NCBI GenBank assembly: GCA_022616275.1
Contig: JAKEFB010000305.1
Span: 1-45,552, forward strand
Reading direction: 5' to 3'
Origin: Chloroflexota bacterium
GTDB taxonomy: Bacteria > Chloroflexota > Anaerolineae > Promineifilales > Promineifilaceae
DNA: 45,552 bases
The notes under the pieces are model-generated. The model saw only the letters and a program-made list of their open reading frames with translations, made no database searches and was not told the DNA's origin. Both the position numbers and the translations under genes were made by a program. Position 1 is the first letter of the stretch. Each line of letters begins with the position of its first letter. Positions 1 through 9,297 of this stretch are shown here, piece after piece.

Positions 1-871
1 CAGACGTAATTCTCCTGCGGTGGCGGCCAGGTGAAGCCGCCGCTGCGCCGCTGGTCGTCCGGCAGCACCCCGTCTATCGAATACCCGTTCCTGGTGCAGC
101 CGGCCGGGTTGATGCCCACCGGGGCCGACGGGTTGCATTGCCAGTCCAGGTCGCCGTAGTTAAACCCGGCGTAGGCGTTGCGGTCACCCAACCAGCCCTG
201 GAAGACGGTGGCCGCGTCCTGCAGCTCGGCCGGGTCGCCCAGGTACAGGGCGATGGCTATCCGCGAGGCGCCGCAGTGAGTGCCAAAGTTATTCGGCCGG
301 ACCTCGTGGCAAGAAATAATCGAGTGGGGGGTGGTGCCGCTGAAGACGACGGTGCGGATGGTGGCCAGCCACTGGCGAAAGGTGGTGTTCAACACTGGGT
401 TGGCGGCCGGCAGGTTAATCAAATCGGCGGCAATGACGTAAGCCTGGAGATTGCGGGCCACGGCCAGGATGTCGGCTCCGCTCTCGGTGCCCATCGCCGC
501 CGTGATGGCCGTGATGACCTCGGTGCGGTACTGGCTCTGGCCGGTGCGGGCGTAGACCAGGGCTTTGGCCAGGACGTAGACGTCGGTCATGTCACTCAGG
601 TCGCTGATGTCGGGCGAGTTGGTGTTCTGCTGGGCCGCATCCCAGAGGTTGTTCCAGGCCGTGCCGGAGGTCGGCAGGCTGGCCAGGGTGGCGCTGGAAA
701 TCCACATCTGGCCGGCGCCCCCGCTGGCCTTGACCAGCGGCAGCAAGATCTTATAGCCCGCAGTGGGTGCGGCCGCCACAGTTTTAGGAGTTGATGAAAC
801 GATAGTGGCTGTTCCCAGAAGCAGCAAACCTGCCAATACGAGCAACCCCCCGGTCGCTGGTATTTTCTTCA
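1..871 (-). CDS. Secreted hypothetical protein (5'-partial in window; N-terminus present at 871), possible polysaccharide-lyase-like fold
   Basis: Manual reverse translation from ATG at 869-871: MKKIPATGGLLVLAGLLLLGTATIVSS... signal peptide, reading frame open to window edge; plus-strand ORF 138..794 is its shadow. Family assignment is a guess. Confidence 0.55.
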
Positions 872-1116
872 TTGTCTCGATCCTGCCTCTACTGACACCG
901 ATACGGTTACATGGTGGTAACTGCCCAACTCGTTAGCTGCGGCCGGTTGCACAACCGCGAGAGCAGTTACACAGGATGTAGGGTTTCGTCGGACTTCTAT
1001 GAAGCGAGACGCCAAAGTAGAATATACAAGAATGGACAATGAACCATAGGTTAAATGTACTGGTTCCCAGCTATGGCGCGCGCTCAACCACCCCGGAGAC
1101 GTAGGCCCAGGAACTC

Positions 1117-2148
1117 TTACTGCAGCGGCAGGGGGAGCTGCCAATGCTTGCCGCTGTCGTTGACCCACATCCGGCCGACCCACTTGACCCAGTTCACCCC
1201 GCGCTGCCCAGAGGCCACCAGCCGGGCCGGGAAGCCGTGGCCGTGGCTCAGCGGCTTACCACCTACGGCCGTAGCCAGCAAGTAGCCCTGCGCCTCGGCC
1301 AGCCAGAAGCGCCGCCTGTAGCCGGAGACAGCCTCAAAAGTGACGCTGCGGGCGCTTTCTTTGACCCCCGCCAGCTCCAGCAGCCGGGCCACCGGCACGC
1401 CCCGCCAGATTTGCTCCGAGTACCAGCCGCCGGTGCAGTCGAGGACAGCCGTTACTTCCCTATCAACCAGCTCCATCAGTTGCTCGTAGGTCAGGACTAG
1501 CGGCCGCTCGACCGCGCCGCCGACCACCAATTGCCAGCGCGCCAGGTCAACCGGCGGTGGATGGTCGGCAATCCAGCTCACCTGGGGGAAACGGCCGGTC
1601 AAACTGCCCGTTTCATAAGAGCCGGTAAAGCGCCGCCTGGCGCCCGGTAATTGCAGCAATTCTTTCGACCGGCCGGCGCTCTGCCACAGTAATAAACCGG
1701 CCAGCCCTGTCCCGGCCAGGCGCAAAAAGGCCCGCCGCCCGGCCGCCCGCGGCACGCGCCAGATCCAGCGAAAGTGCCAGGCGTGCCAGGCTAGCAGCAA
1801 AATGAGCGGTACGGCCAGGAAGATGTGGATAGTCACCAGCGTGAAGCCGAACAGGTACTTTGGACCGTCGAAGGTCCATAGCAGCCCGCTGAACAGGGTC
1901 GCCAGGAGCAGCAGCAATAACAGGGCAAAGGCCAGCCGCCGGCCGTTAAGCCCTGTGCCCCGCTGGTACACCCCCAGAATGATGCTCCCCTTCCATAGCA
2001 GAAGAAAGACGATGGCGTAAGCGCCAATGCTGTGCAGCCACAGCAGCCAGCGATTGGCCGCCAGGCCGTTGATAAAACCGAAAAAACCGGTTATAAGTTG
2101 CCCTATCAGCAACACAAGCAGGGCCACATTAGCCCACGGATGGCGCAT
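1117..2148 (-). CDS. Membrane-anchored molybdopterin-dependent oxidoreductase (sulfite-oxidase/MsrP-like catalytic domain fused to N-terminal His-rich TM domain)
   Basis: 343-aa ORF; N-terminal multi-TM segment with conserved His, C-terminal Mo-pterin oxidoreductase-like region (…GGWYSEQIWRGVPVARLL…GYLLATAVGGKPLSHGHGFPARLV…); start codon overlaps stop of upstream DsbA gene at 2148. Confidence 0.75.
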   Translation of the reverse strand: MRHPWANVALLVLLIGQLITGFFGFINGLAANRWLLWLHSIGAYAIVFLLLWKGSIILGVYQRGTGLNGRRLAFALLLLLLLATLFSGLLWTFDGPKYLFGFTLVTIHIFLAVPLILLLAWHAWHFRWIWRVPRAAGRRAFLRLAGTGLAGLLLWQSAGRSKELLQLPGARRRFTGSYETGSLTGRFPQVSWIADHPPPVDLARWQLVVGGAVERPLVLTYEQLMELVDREVTAVLDCTGGWYSEQIWRGVPVARLLELAGVKESARSVTFEAVSGYRRRFWLAEAQGYLLATAVGGKPLSHGHGFPARLVASGQRGVNWVKWVGRMWVNDSGKHWQLPLPLQ

Positions 2149-4088
2149 TACGATTGCGGTTCGCTCAACAGTTGGTCAATCGCCTGCTGGAACTGGCCAA
2201 ACGGCAGCGCTCCACTGACCAGGTTGCCATTCAGGAAAAAGCCGGGCGTGCCGGTAATCCCCAGGTTAATCCCTTCCTGCAGGTCGGCCGTCACCCCCGC
2301 CTGGTGTTTGTTGCTGTTCAGACATTGGCTAAAGACCTCTACGTCCAGCTCGAGCGTTTCGGCAAAACCAATGAAGATTTCTGGGGCGTTACCCTTGCCG
2401 CCCCACTCCTGCTGCCGGGCAAAGAGCATGTCGTGCATCTCCAGGAATGCCTCCTGGTCCCTGGCGCAGCGGGCTGCCTCGGCCGCTTTGGCCGCCTGGG
2501 GGTGAATGGACGTCAGGGGGAAGTCCTTGAAAACGTAGCGGACCAGCCCTTGCTCCACGTACTCGGTCATAATTTGCGGGTACGTCTCATTAAAGTGGCG
2601 GACGCAGTAGGGGCACTGGTAGTCCGTATATTCAACAATCGTCACCGGCGCGTCCGGATCGCCAAGGACGTAGGCGTCGCCAATCGGCACGTCCACCGGG
2701 CCGGCCGGTTGTTGTGGCTGGGCCGGCTGCTGTTGCGGGGCCAGCGCCTCGGCCAGTCGCCCTTCCTCGGCCAGGCCGACGGCAATCTCGAAATGTTCAT
2801 ACGGCCGGGCCCCGCTAAGCTGATAGCCGTCAATGAAAAAGGCCGGCGTGCCGCCCACGCCCAGCGACTGGCCTTCCACCAGGTTGGCCTGGACGGCGTC
2901 GTCGTACCGGCCGCTGGCCAGGCAGGTCGAAAAGTCGTCAGCGTCCAGCCCCAGGCTGGCAGCAAAGTTCACAAAGACCGGAGTGGCCCCCACTCCCTGG
3001 CCGGCCCATTCATTTTGCCGGCTGAAGAGCAGGTCGTGCATCCCCCAGTAGGCGTCCTGCTCCCCGGCGCAGCGGGCGGCCACGGCCCCGGCCCGCGCGT
3101 CGCGGTGGATCTGGTCCAGGGGGAAGTCCTTCAGGATGTAATAGACCCGGCCGTTTTCAACCATCTCGCTGATGATCTGGGGCATGGTCTGGGTCGAGTG
3201 GCGCTGGCAGTAGGGGCACTGGTAGTCGGTAAACTCGATGATAGTGATCGGCGCGTCGGGGTCGCCCATCGCCGCGGCGAAATCGCCGGAGAAGCTGGCC
3301 GGCGTGGGTGGCGGGCCGGCCTGGGTTGGCTGCTGCGGCTGGGTGGCGGTGTTAGCCGCGCTGGCCAGTTCCTGGCCGCTCTGCACGGCGACAATGGCTT
3401 GGTCAAAGGCAGCCACCGGCTGGGCGCCCACGAAAAGCTGGCCGTTAATAAAGAAGCTGGGCGTGCTGTTAATACCCCGCTCCACGCCGGCATTCAGGTC
3501 GGCCTGCACCTGATCGCGGTACTTGTTGTTTTGCAGGCAGGCGTTAAAGGCCTCCATCTCCAGGCCAATCCGTTCGCCGTAGCGGCTAAAGACGCCGTTG
3601 GCGTTGGGGCTAGACCACTCGGCCGGGTTGGCAAAGAGCAGGTCGTGCATGGCCCAGTAGGAGGCGGCGCTTTGCTCTCCGGCGCAACGGGCGGCGTTGG
3701 CGGCCACGCTGGCCTGGGGATGAATGCTGGTCAGGGGGAAGTCGTAGTACACTACCACGGCCTGGCCGTTGGCCACCTGGTTGGCGTCCAGGGCCGGCAT
3801 CGTCTCTTTAGAAAAGCGGGCGCAGAAGGGGCATTGAAAATCGGAATACTCCTCAATAACGACGGGCGCGTCCGGGTTGCCCCGGTAGGCGTGGCCGTCG
3901 GTGGTAAAGCCGACCGGGACGCCCTTGCTGTCCGTTTCGGTCTGGTTGGCGTCAATTTCCAGCCCACCGGGTTGATCTCCGGCCACGGCCGCCTCGGGGC
4001 CGGCCGAACCGGGAGCCTGGCCGCAGCCCACAGCCGCCAGCAGGAAAAAGACCAGGGCCAGGGGCCGCAGGTATGGACGTGTTTTCAT
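2148..4088 (-). CDS. Lipoprotein with three tandem DsbA-like thioredoxin domains (thiol:disulfide oxidoreductase)
   Basis: ORF 2148..4166; likely start ATG at 4088 (MKTRPYLRPLALVFFLLAAVGCGQ, lipobox AVGC; GGAG RBS 8 nt upstream). Three repeated ~190-aa units each with CxxC (CPFC, CPYC, CPYC) and FxDFPL…IHP motif. Confidence 0.85.
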   Translation of the reverse strand: MKTRPYLRPLALVFFLLAAVGCGQAPGSAGPEAAVAGDQPGGLEIDANQTETDSKGVPVGFTTDGHAYRGNPDAPVVIEEYSDFQCPFCARFSKETMPALDANQVANGQAVVVYYDFPLTSIHPQASVAANAARCAGEQSAASYWAMHDLLFANPAEWSSPNANGVFSRYGERIGLEMEAFNACLQNNKYRDQVQADLNAGVERGINSTPSFFINGQLFVGAQPVAAFDQAIVAVQSGQELASAANTATQPQQPTQAGPPPTPASFSGDFAAAMGDPDAPITIIEFTDYQCPYCQRHSTQTMPQIISEMVENGRVYYILKDFPLDQIHRDARAGAVAARCAGEQDAYWGMHDLLFSRQNEWAGQGVGATPVFVNFAASLGLDADDFSTCLASGRYDDAVQANLVEGQSLGVGGTPAFFIDGYQLSGARPYEHFEIAVGLAEEGRLAEALAPQQQPAQPQQPAGPVDVPIGDAYVLGDPDAPVTIVEYTDYQCPYCVRHFNETYPQIMTEYVEQGLVRYVFKDFPLTSIHPQAAKAAEAARCARDQEAFLEMHDMLFARQQEWGGKGNAPEIFIGFAETLELDVEVFSQCLNSNKHQAGVTADLQEGINLGITGTPGFFLNGNLVSGALPFGQFQQAIDQLLSEPQS

Positions 4089-4251
4089 TCCGTATACTCC
4101 CACATGTTCGTCAAAACGGGCCGGGGTTGCCGAACGAGCCAACCAGGCCGGCCGGGCGGTGTGCAAGCTTCAATGTTCCGTGGGGTGGCAGGCAACACAC
4201 GGCCGCCCCGCAAGAATTATGGCATATTGGGAGGGCGGTCGCAAGGAGGAA

Positions 4252-4671
4252 TTAGGCTGCCGGCCGGTCCAGTGTCCTCGCCGCCAGCGATGGCCCGACG
4301 ATCATCACCAGGGCGGCGATGGCCCGGCCGGTCTGCGTGGCGGCGAAAATGTCGGCGTAGCCGACCGAGGCACAGGTGGCAATGTAGTAAAAGGCGTCTA
4401 TATAGGTTTTGATCTTGGGGTTGGCGTCTTTTTCGGCCGCGTAGAAGGCGGCCGAAGCCGCGCCCAAAAAGAGAAAGGCTGAGTCCAGCGGGTTCCCCTC
4501 GAACCAGTCGAGAAAACGGCCTTCCAGCTTCTGCTTTTGGTTAAGCAGCGCCAGCAGCTTCCCCTGCACTTCCTGTTCAGAGAGTCCCAGCCACGTTTGC
4601 AGAAAGCCAGCCCCGTTGGCCTGCGGAGAAGCAATGGCCGGCCGTTCCCGGGCTACTGTCACCTGAACCAT
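4252..4671 (-). CDS. Small 2-TM ion-channel-like protein (K+ channel pore-like, selectivity-filter variant SVGYAD)
   Basis: C-terminal part of ORF 4252..4998: TM1–pore helix–TCASVGYADI–TM2; N-terminal 109 aa of the listed ORF overlap the upstream gene/repeat and are probably not translated; start set at ATG 4669-4671. Confidence 0.55.
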   Translation of the reverse strand: MVQVTVARERPAIASPQANGAGFLQTWLGLSEQEVQGKLLALLNQKQKLEGRFLDWFEGNPLDSAFLFLGAASAAFYAAEKDANPKIKTYIDAFYYIATCASVGYADIFAATQTGRAIAALVMIVGPSLAARTLDRPAA

Positions 4672-4712
4672 CAATTCACTTAAAGCCCGTTCCTGTTCAG
4701 GACTTAACGACA

Positions 4713-4760
4713 CTCTCCAATCTCCAATCCCTAATCTCCAATCTCTAATCTCTCTTCTCC
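4713..4760. repeat. Copy of dispersed CTCCAATCT/CTAATCTCC repeat family
   Basis: TCTCCAATCTCCAATCCCTAATCTCCAATCTCTAATCTCTCTTCTCC…TTCCCGCGCC; same motif and CTCTTCCC–TTCCCGCGCC tail as at 27518-27560; overlaps 3' end of gene 4745..5332. Confidence 0.7.
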
Positions 4761-5332
4761 ATCTCTTCCCGCGCCGCCGTCTTATCCTCCCGGCGAGCCA
4801 GCCGCTCCTTGCGCGCTTCCAGGTCGTCGCCGAGTTCCCTGCTGTCCTGGCGCTGTTCGCGGCGCAGCGTCTGCAGCTTTTCGACAGTGCCCACGCTGGC
4901 CTCACGCTCTGATAAGGTGCCAAGCTGCCGGCCGAGCGCATCCAGGTTGGCCGCCAGCCGGGTGATTTCGTCGCGCAGGGCGGCCGTGGCCTGGGCATAG
5001 GCCTGGTAACGCTCCCTGGCTTCGGCCGCCCGCGCCAGTGCTTGCTGCGCTTGCCGCAATTTCCTGGCCGCCGGCTCTTCCTGTCCGGCCACCAGGGCTT
5101 CGTCTACCGTCTGGTTGAGGGCCTGGGCTTCGGCCAGCGCCTTGCGCTCTTCCAGTTGCGCCCGTTTCTCGCGGGCCACCGCCGGGGCCAGTTCCCGCCG
5201 CAGCGCCTCCAACCGCTCCCGGCCGGCGGCCAGGGCGGCCGGGTCCTGTTGGGCCGGCGCAAACTCCTCCTCGCCAAACAGGTCGTGGACGGCCGCCCGC
5301 AGGGCGAACTTCACCTTATCACGCCACTTCAT
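4745..5332 (-). CDS. Coiled-coil protein, possibly PspA/IM30-like
   Basis: 195 aa, Ala/Glu/Arg/Leu-rich heptad-like sequence; begins 1 nt after flotillin stop; C-terminal residues (…EEMEKRD) encoded by the dispersed repeat. PspA assignment weak. Confidence 0.5.
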   Translation of the reverse strand: MKWRDKVKFALRAAVHDLFGEEEFAPAQQDPAALAAGRERLEALRRELAPAVAREKRAQLEERKALAEAQALNQTVDEALVAGQEEPAARKLRQAQQALARAAEARERYQAYAQATAALRDEITRLAANLDALGRQLGTLSEREASVGTVEKLQTLRREQRQDSRELGDDLEARKERLARREDKTAAREEMEKRD

Positions 5333-7399
5333 TTACTTCGCCGTTGCCCGCAAGTACAGCTCGTCAAAGGGCAAATCGTTGAGGATCGGCAGCATAGCCA
5401 GAGCCTGCTGCGCCTTTTCCACGACCGGCCGCTCCTCGGCCTTGACCTTCTCCTGCAGCGTGGCCAGCACTTCCTGGACGCTCTTGCCCTTCAGGCGGTC
5501 TATGTCCAACGTCTTGTCGGCCAGGCGAATGATTTCCGGGACCAACGTCGCCAGCTCGGTCACGCTGGTGGCCGGGCTGGCCGGCGCGCCGTTGGCCGCG
5601 CCATCGCCGAGCAGCCCGTCACCGGCGCTGTCGCCGGTCACCTTGTTAATGACCTGTTGGGCAATTTCGCGGACCGGCCGGGGCGCGGCGTTGATCGCCT
5701 CCCCCAGCCCGTCGGCCAGCGTCACCATCCGCAGCAGCGACGCGGCGGCGTTGGGGTCGCCGATGAGCTTGATGTTCATTGAGGCCATCGCCTCGCCCAG
5801 CGCCTGGGCTTTGGCCACCTCGATGCGCACCTGGGCGTCCAACTGGAGCTTCATGATCTCCACCCGCTGGGCCACGCCGTCGAAGGCGGCCAGCGCTTCG
5901 GCCTTGGCCTTTTCGCTTTCCGCCTGGGCCAGACCCTGGGCCTTGACCGCGGCCGCTTCCCGCAGGCCGGCTTCGGCTTTAGCCGTCAACACTTCGGCTT
6001 CGGCCAGACCAACGGCCGAGGCCTTGGCCCGGGCGGCGTCGGCCCGCAGTTTTTCCGCTTCCGTTTCAGCCTGGGCTTGGGTGCGCAGCGTTTCCGCCTG
6101 TTTCAAGGCCGCTTCCGCTTCGGCCGCGGCAATCTCTTTCAGCGCCTTGGCCTGGGCTTCGGCCTCACGCTGCTTGCGCAACGCCTCCAGCTCGATGCGG
6201 TTCTTTTGCTCGATGGCCGCTTTTTGCGCTTCCCGTTCCGCCTCGATGACGCTGATCTTCGCCTGGCGCTCGGCCTGCTGCGTCGCCTCGACCGTCTTCA
6301 CCGCCTGGGCGGCCTGCTCGCGTTGGGCTAGGACGAGGAGGCGCTCTTTTTCCGCGTTTTCCCGTTCCTGCTCGGCCTGGACCAGGGCAATCTGCCGTTC
6401 TTGCTCGGCCAGCTCGTTGGCCTTGCGGCGGGCGACTTCGGCCGTCATCACCTCTTGTTGTTTGTGTTCGTTCTGAATGGCCAGTTCCTGCTCGCGCTCC
6501 AGCTCGGCCAGGGCCAGCGCCCGCTCCTTGGAGATACGGGCCATTTCTGACTTTTGCTCTTCCTCGTACACCTTCTGGTCGGCCTCGGCCCTTTCGGTAG
6601 CTTGCAAAGTACGGACCTCCCGCTCCTGCGAAGCGGAGGCCATGGCCAGCTCGCGGTCCAGCTCCAGCCGCTGCTTGGCGGTGTCGGTGTCGCGCTGTTT
6701 GACCTCGATTTCCGTGCGCCGCTCAATGTCGTTGCGCTCGCGCAGCGCCTGTTGGATGACCTGGGCGTTGGCCCGCGCCACCTGCGCCCCGAAGACGTCG
6801 TCCGTGCCGAAGGAGCCTTGCCGGGCGGCGCGTAGCGTTAGAATGGAGACCGACTCCAGCATCAAGCCGTTTTCTTCCAGGTCGGTCTTCAGCCGGCTTT
6901 GCACTTCCTGGATGAACTTTTCCCGCTCCTGGTGCAGGCTCATCAGGCTGAAGGTCGCGGCCACGTCACGCAGCGCACCGTCCAGCTTGGCGTCCACCAA
7001 CTGCTTGACGGCGTTGGCGTCCACCTGCTTGCCGCCAATCGTCCGGGCGGCGTCAATGATCCCTTCCACCGTCGGGTTGACCTTGATGTAGAAGATGACC
7101 TTGATGTCGGCGTACTGCGGGTCAATGGTTAGCAGGGCGTTGTTCTCGGTCCGCTCAATTTCGATGGCCATCGTCCCCAGGTTCACCCAACTGATCTCGT
7201 GGATGGCCCGGAAGACCCACGAGCCGCCATTCATGACCACCTTGGGTGGGGCGTCTGACTTGCGGAAAATGCCGCCGGTGCGGACGAAAGCGCGGTTGGC
7301 CGGCGTCTTGATATAGGACCTGATAAGCGCAGCCAGCAAGATCAGGAGTACCAGGCCCACGAAAGGAATTAAGATAGCACCAATAACATACCAGCTCAT
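5333..7399 (-). CDS. Flotillin family protein (SPFH/Band-7 domain with long EA-rich coiled coil)
   Basis: 688 aa; N-terminal TM, SPFH domain, extended (E/A/Q/K)-rich repeats typical of bacterial flotillins. Confidence 0.9.
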   Translation of the reverse strand: MSWYVIGAILIPFVGLVLLILLAALIRSYIKTPANRAFVRTGGIFRKSDAPPKVVMNGGSWVFRAIHEISWVNLGTMAIEIERTENNALLTIDPQYADIKVIFYIKVNPTVEGIIDAARTIGGKQVDANAVKQLVDAKLDGALRDVAATFSLMSLHQEREKFIQEVQSRLKTDLEENGLMLESVSILTLRAARQGSFGTDDVFGAQVARANAQVIQQALRERNDIERRTEIEVKQRDTDTAKQRLELDRELAMASASQEREVRTLQATERAEADQKVYEEEQKSEMARISKERALALAELEREQELAIQNEHKQQEVMTAEVARRKANELAEQERQIALVQAEQERENAEKERLLVLAQREQAAQAVKTVEATQQAERQAKISVIEAEREAQKAAIEQKNRIELEALRKQREAEAQAKALKEIAAAEAEAALKQAETLRTQAQAETEAEKLRADAARAKASAVGLAEAEVLTAKAEAGLREAAAVKAQGLAQAESEKAKAEALAAFDGVAQRVEIMKLQLDAQVRIEVAKAQALGEAMASMNIKLIGDPNAAASLLRMVTLADGLGEAINAAPRPVREIAQQVINKVTGDSAGDGLLGDGAANGAPASPATSVTELATLVPEIIRLADKTLDIDRLKGKSVQEVLATLQEKVKAEERPVVEKAQQALAMLPILNDLPFDELYLRATAK

Positions 7400-7424
7400 G
7401 TCAATCTCCTTTAAGGCTTAGCGA

Positions 7425-8189
7425 TCATGAAGACCGGGTGACCGTGTATCGCTTTTGCTGGGGGTCGTAATCTACCAGGACCACGTCGCTGGCGCGGCCA
7501 ATCGGCTCTTCCCCCTCAACCACGGCGAAGACGCTAATCATCGTCCCGCCGGAATCTCGCAGGCGAACCATGCCGTATTTTTCGTCTACCGCCGGGCTGG
7601 TGACCACACCGATCTGGCCGACCAGGGCCCGGGCCGGTGTCGCGGTCGTGCTGATGGGCGGCAACGCCCGGCCGATCAGGCGAGCCGTGCGCGAGCTGAC
7701 CAGGCTACCGCTGACCAGCGCCACCGGCAAAACGGCGGCAAAAGCCACGGCCGGGTAAGCGCCCAAAACGCCCTCGACAATGCTGTTCAAAAACCAGCCG
7801 GCTAGGCCGATGGAACCAAACAAAATGACCAGGACGACCATCAGCGGCGCTTTGCCGACCCCCAGGTAAGCCAGCGCTGCCAGCGCCGAGGGCACGCCGT
7901 CAGCGTCGAAGTCGCCGTGATCGGCGTCCAGGTCGGCCTCCGCATCGGCATCTACGTCAACGTCGGCGTCGGCATCCAGGTCCAGGTCTGCGTCCACGTC
8001 CGCGTCCAGGTCGGCATCCAGGTCCAGGTCTGCGTCTACATCGGCGTCGAAGTCGGCGTCCAGGTCACCATCCTGCTCGCCGCCCAGCCCGACCAGTTGC
8101 AGGGCGGTCAGGAAGACGCACGTCCCCAGCAGGAAAGTAAACGGCAGGTTATACCAAGCCGAAATAAACAACCAGGCGTCGCGAAGCAT
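7425..8189 (-). CDS. NfeD-like membrane protein (flotillin partner) with acidic D-x-D-A repeat linker
   Basis: 254 aa; N-terminal TM helices, C-terminal OB-fold-like soluble domain; immediately upstream of flotillin as in nfeD–floT operons; low-complexity [15 protein letters not shown] stretch. Confidence 0.75.
   Translation of the reverse strand: MLRDAWLFISAWYNLPFTFLLGTCVFLTALQLVGLGGEQDGDLDADFDADVDADLDLDADLDADVDADLDLDADADVDVDADAEADLDADHGDFDADGVPSALAALAYLGVGKAPLMVVLVILFGSIGLAGWFLNSIVEGVLGAYPAVAFAAVLPVALVSGSLVSSRTARLIGRALPPISTTATPARALVGQIGVVTSPAVDEKYGMVRLRDSGGTMISVFAVVEGEEPIGRASDVVLVDYDPQQKRYTVTRSS
7900..8068. repeat. Hexanucleotide-periodic GAC-GCN/GTC repeat encoding (D-A/L/V)n acidic linker inside nfeD-like gene
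   Basis: Visible 6-nt periodicity (gtcggcgtccaggtc… on plus strand); encodes [17 protein letters not shown]…. Confidence 0.7.
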
Positions 8190-8432
8190 TTTTTATCAAC
8201 CTTTGGTCCGGCCGTAGAAGTTCAAGCAAGCAACCAGTAGATTCAAGCTGTGGCCGGTCTCCGACCGGGCCACTACGATGATTATATCAGAATCTAACAG
8301 GTAATACGCAGGATTTTCGTCCCAGGTTGCTGACTGTCACCGAACAAATCGTGCGGGCTGTCAAAAATCATTCGTCACCGGCTGGCGTTTGTGTTAGACT
8401 TTACTATTCGATGTTTTTTGTCACCTGGTTCT

Positions 8433-9260
8433 ATGGTCAACAATCGCAACCTATGGCAACAATGGCGCGCTAGAGCGCCAGGGACGCTAACAATCTTCTT
8501 TTTGTTTACACTCCTGGTGACCTGGCTGGCGGCCGGCCGGCCGCTGGTCCAGGCCCAGGCTCAAAACGGCATTACCAGCCCGGTGCCGGGCGACGTGCTT
8601 TCCGGCCTCGTCGTCGTCCAGGGGACGGCCGCCGACCCCAATTTCTTGCGTTACGAGCTGGCCTTTTCCCGCGACGGCAGCGAGTGGATCGTCTTTGCCC
8701 AGGGCGACCAGCAGGTGGTGGGCGGCGCCCTGGCCGTCTGGGATACGACCGTTGGTCGCAGCGCCAACCGGCCTGTCTTTCCCGACGGTCTCTACCAGTT
8801 GCGGCTGCGGGTGGTGCGCCAGGACTACAACTACGGCGAGTACTACGTCAACGACCTCATCGTCGCCAACGACACGGCCACCCCCTCGCCCACGCCCACA
8901 GTGGACGGGCCGGCCGGCGCAACCACGCCCCGGCCGCAGCCCGGGCCCACGCTGCCGGCCACGTTCCAGGTCGCGCCTGGCCTGCTGCCGTCGCTGACGC
9001 CCTTCCCCACGCCAACCCGCCAGCCAACGCCGGCCAACCAGCCGCTCGACCCGGCCGGCAATAATCCGGGAGACGGCCTGGCGGAGCGGCCGGGTCTGCT
9101 GGAGCGTCTGACGGCCATAGACACCGGCTCATTCGGCCGGGCCTTCTGGCAGGGCGTGATCGTCGTCGGCTATGCCTTTGCCTTCCTGGCTTTCTACCTG
9201 CTGCTGCGGGCCATTGTGCGTCGCGTCTGGCGGCTGGTGTGGACGAGATTACAAAGGTAG
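8433..9260 (+). CDS. Hypothetical secreted protein with Pro/Thr-rich linker and C-terminal TM helix plus basic tail
   Basis: ORF 8391..9260 (GTG); likely start ATG 8433 giving signal peptide MVNNRNLWQQWRARAPGTLTIFFLFTLLVTWLAAGRPLVQAQA; C-terminus …VIVVGYAFAFLAFYLLLRAIVRRVWRLVWTRLQR. Confidence 0.6.
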   Translation: MVNNRNLWQQWRARAPGTLTIFFLFTLLVTWLAAGRPLVQAQAQNGITSPVPGDVLSGLVVVQGTAADPNFLRYELAFSRDGSEWIVFAQGDQQVVGGALAVWDTTVGRSANRPVFPDGLYQLRLRVVRQDYNYGEYYVNDLIVANDTATPSPTPTVDGPAGATTPRPQPGPTLPATFQVAPGLLPSLTPFPTPTRQPTPANQPLDPAGNNPGDGLAERPGLLERLTAIDTGSFGRAFWQGVIVVGYAFAFLAFYLLLRAIVRRVWRLVWTRLQR

Positions 9261-9297
9261 GGATTGCGAACGGCTCCTCTTTCGCTCCAGTGGCTTA

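Noticed and set aside
138-794. 218-aa plus-strand ORF rich in Gly/Val/Ala
   Set aside because: It lies entirely opposite a minus-strand gene that has a clear signal peptide and start at 871. High-GC shadow ORF.
2154-4412. 752-aa plus-strand ORF
   Set aside because: It is antisense to the triple-DsbA gene, whose CxxC motifs and repeats are convincing. The composition is typical of GC-rich antisense frames.
4745-5332. Firm PspA assignment for the coiled-coil gene
   Set aside because: The N-terminus does not match the conserved PspA/IM30 N-terminal helix I remember. Kept only as a coiled-coil protein with PspA as a possibility.
5115-6476. 453-aa Ala/Ser-rich plus-strand ORF, and others (6077..6331, 6477..7091)
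   Set aside because: Antisense to the flotillin gene. Low-complexity translation of the EA-repeat complement.
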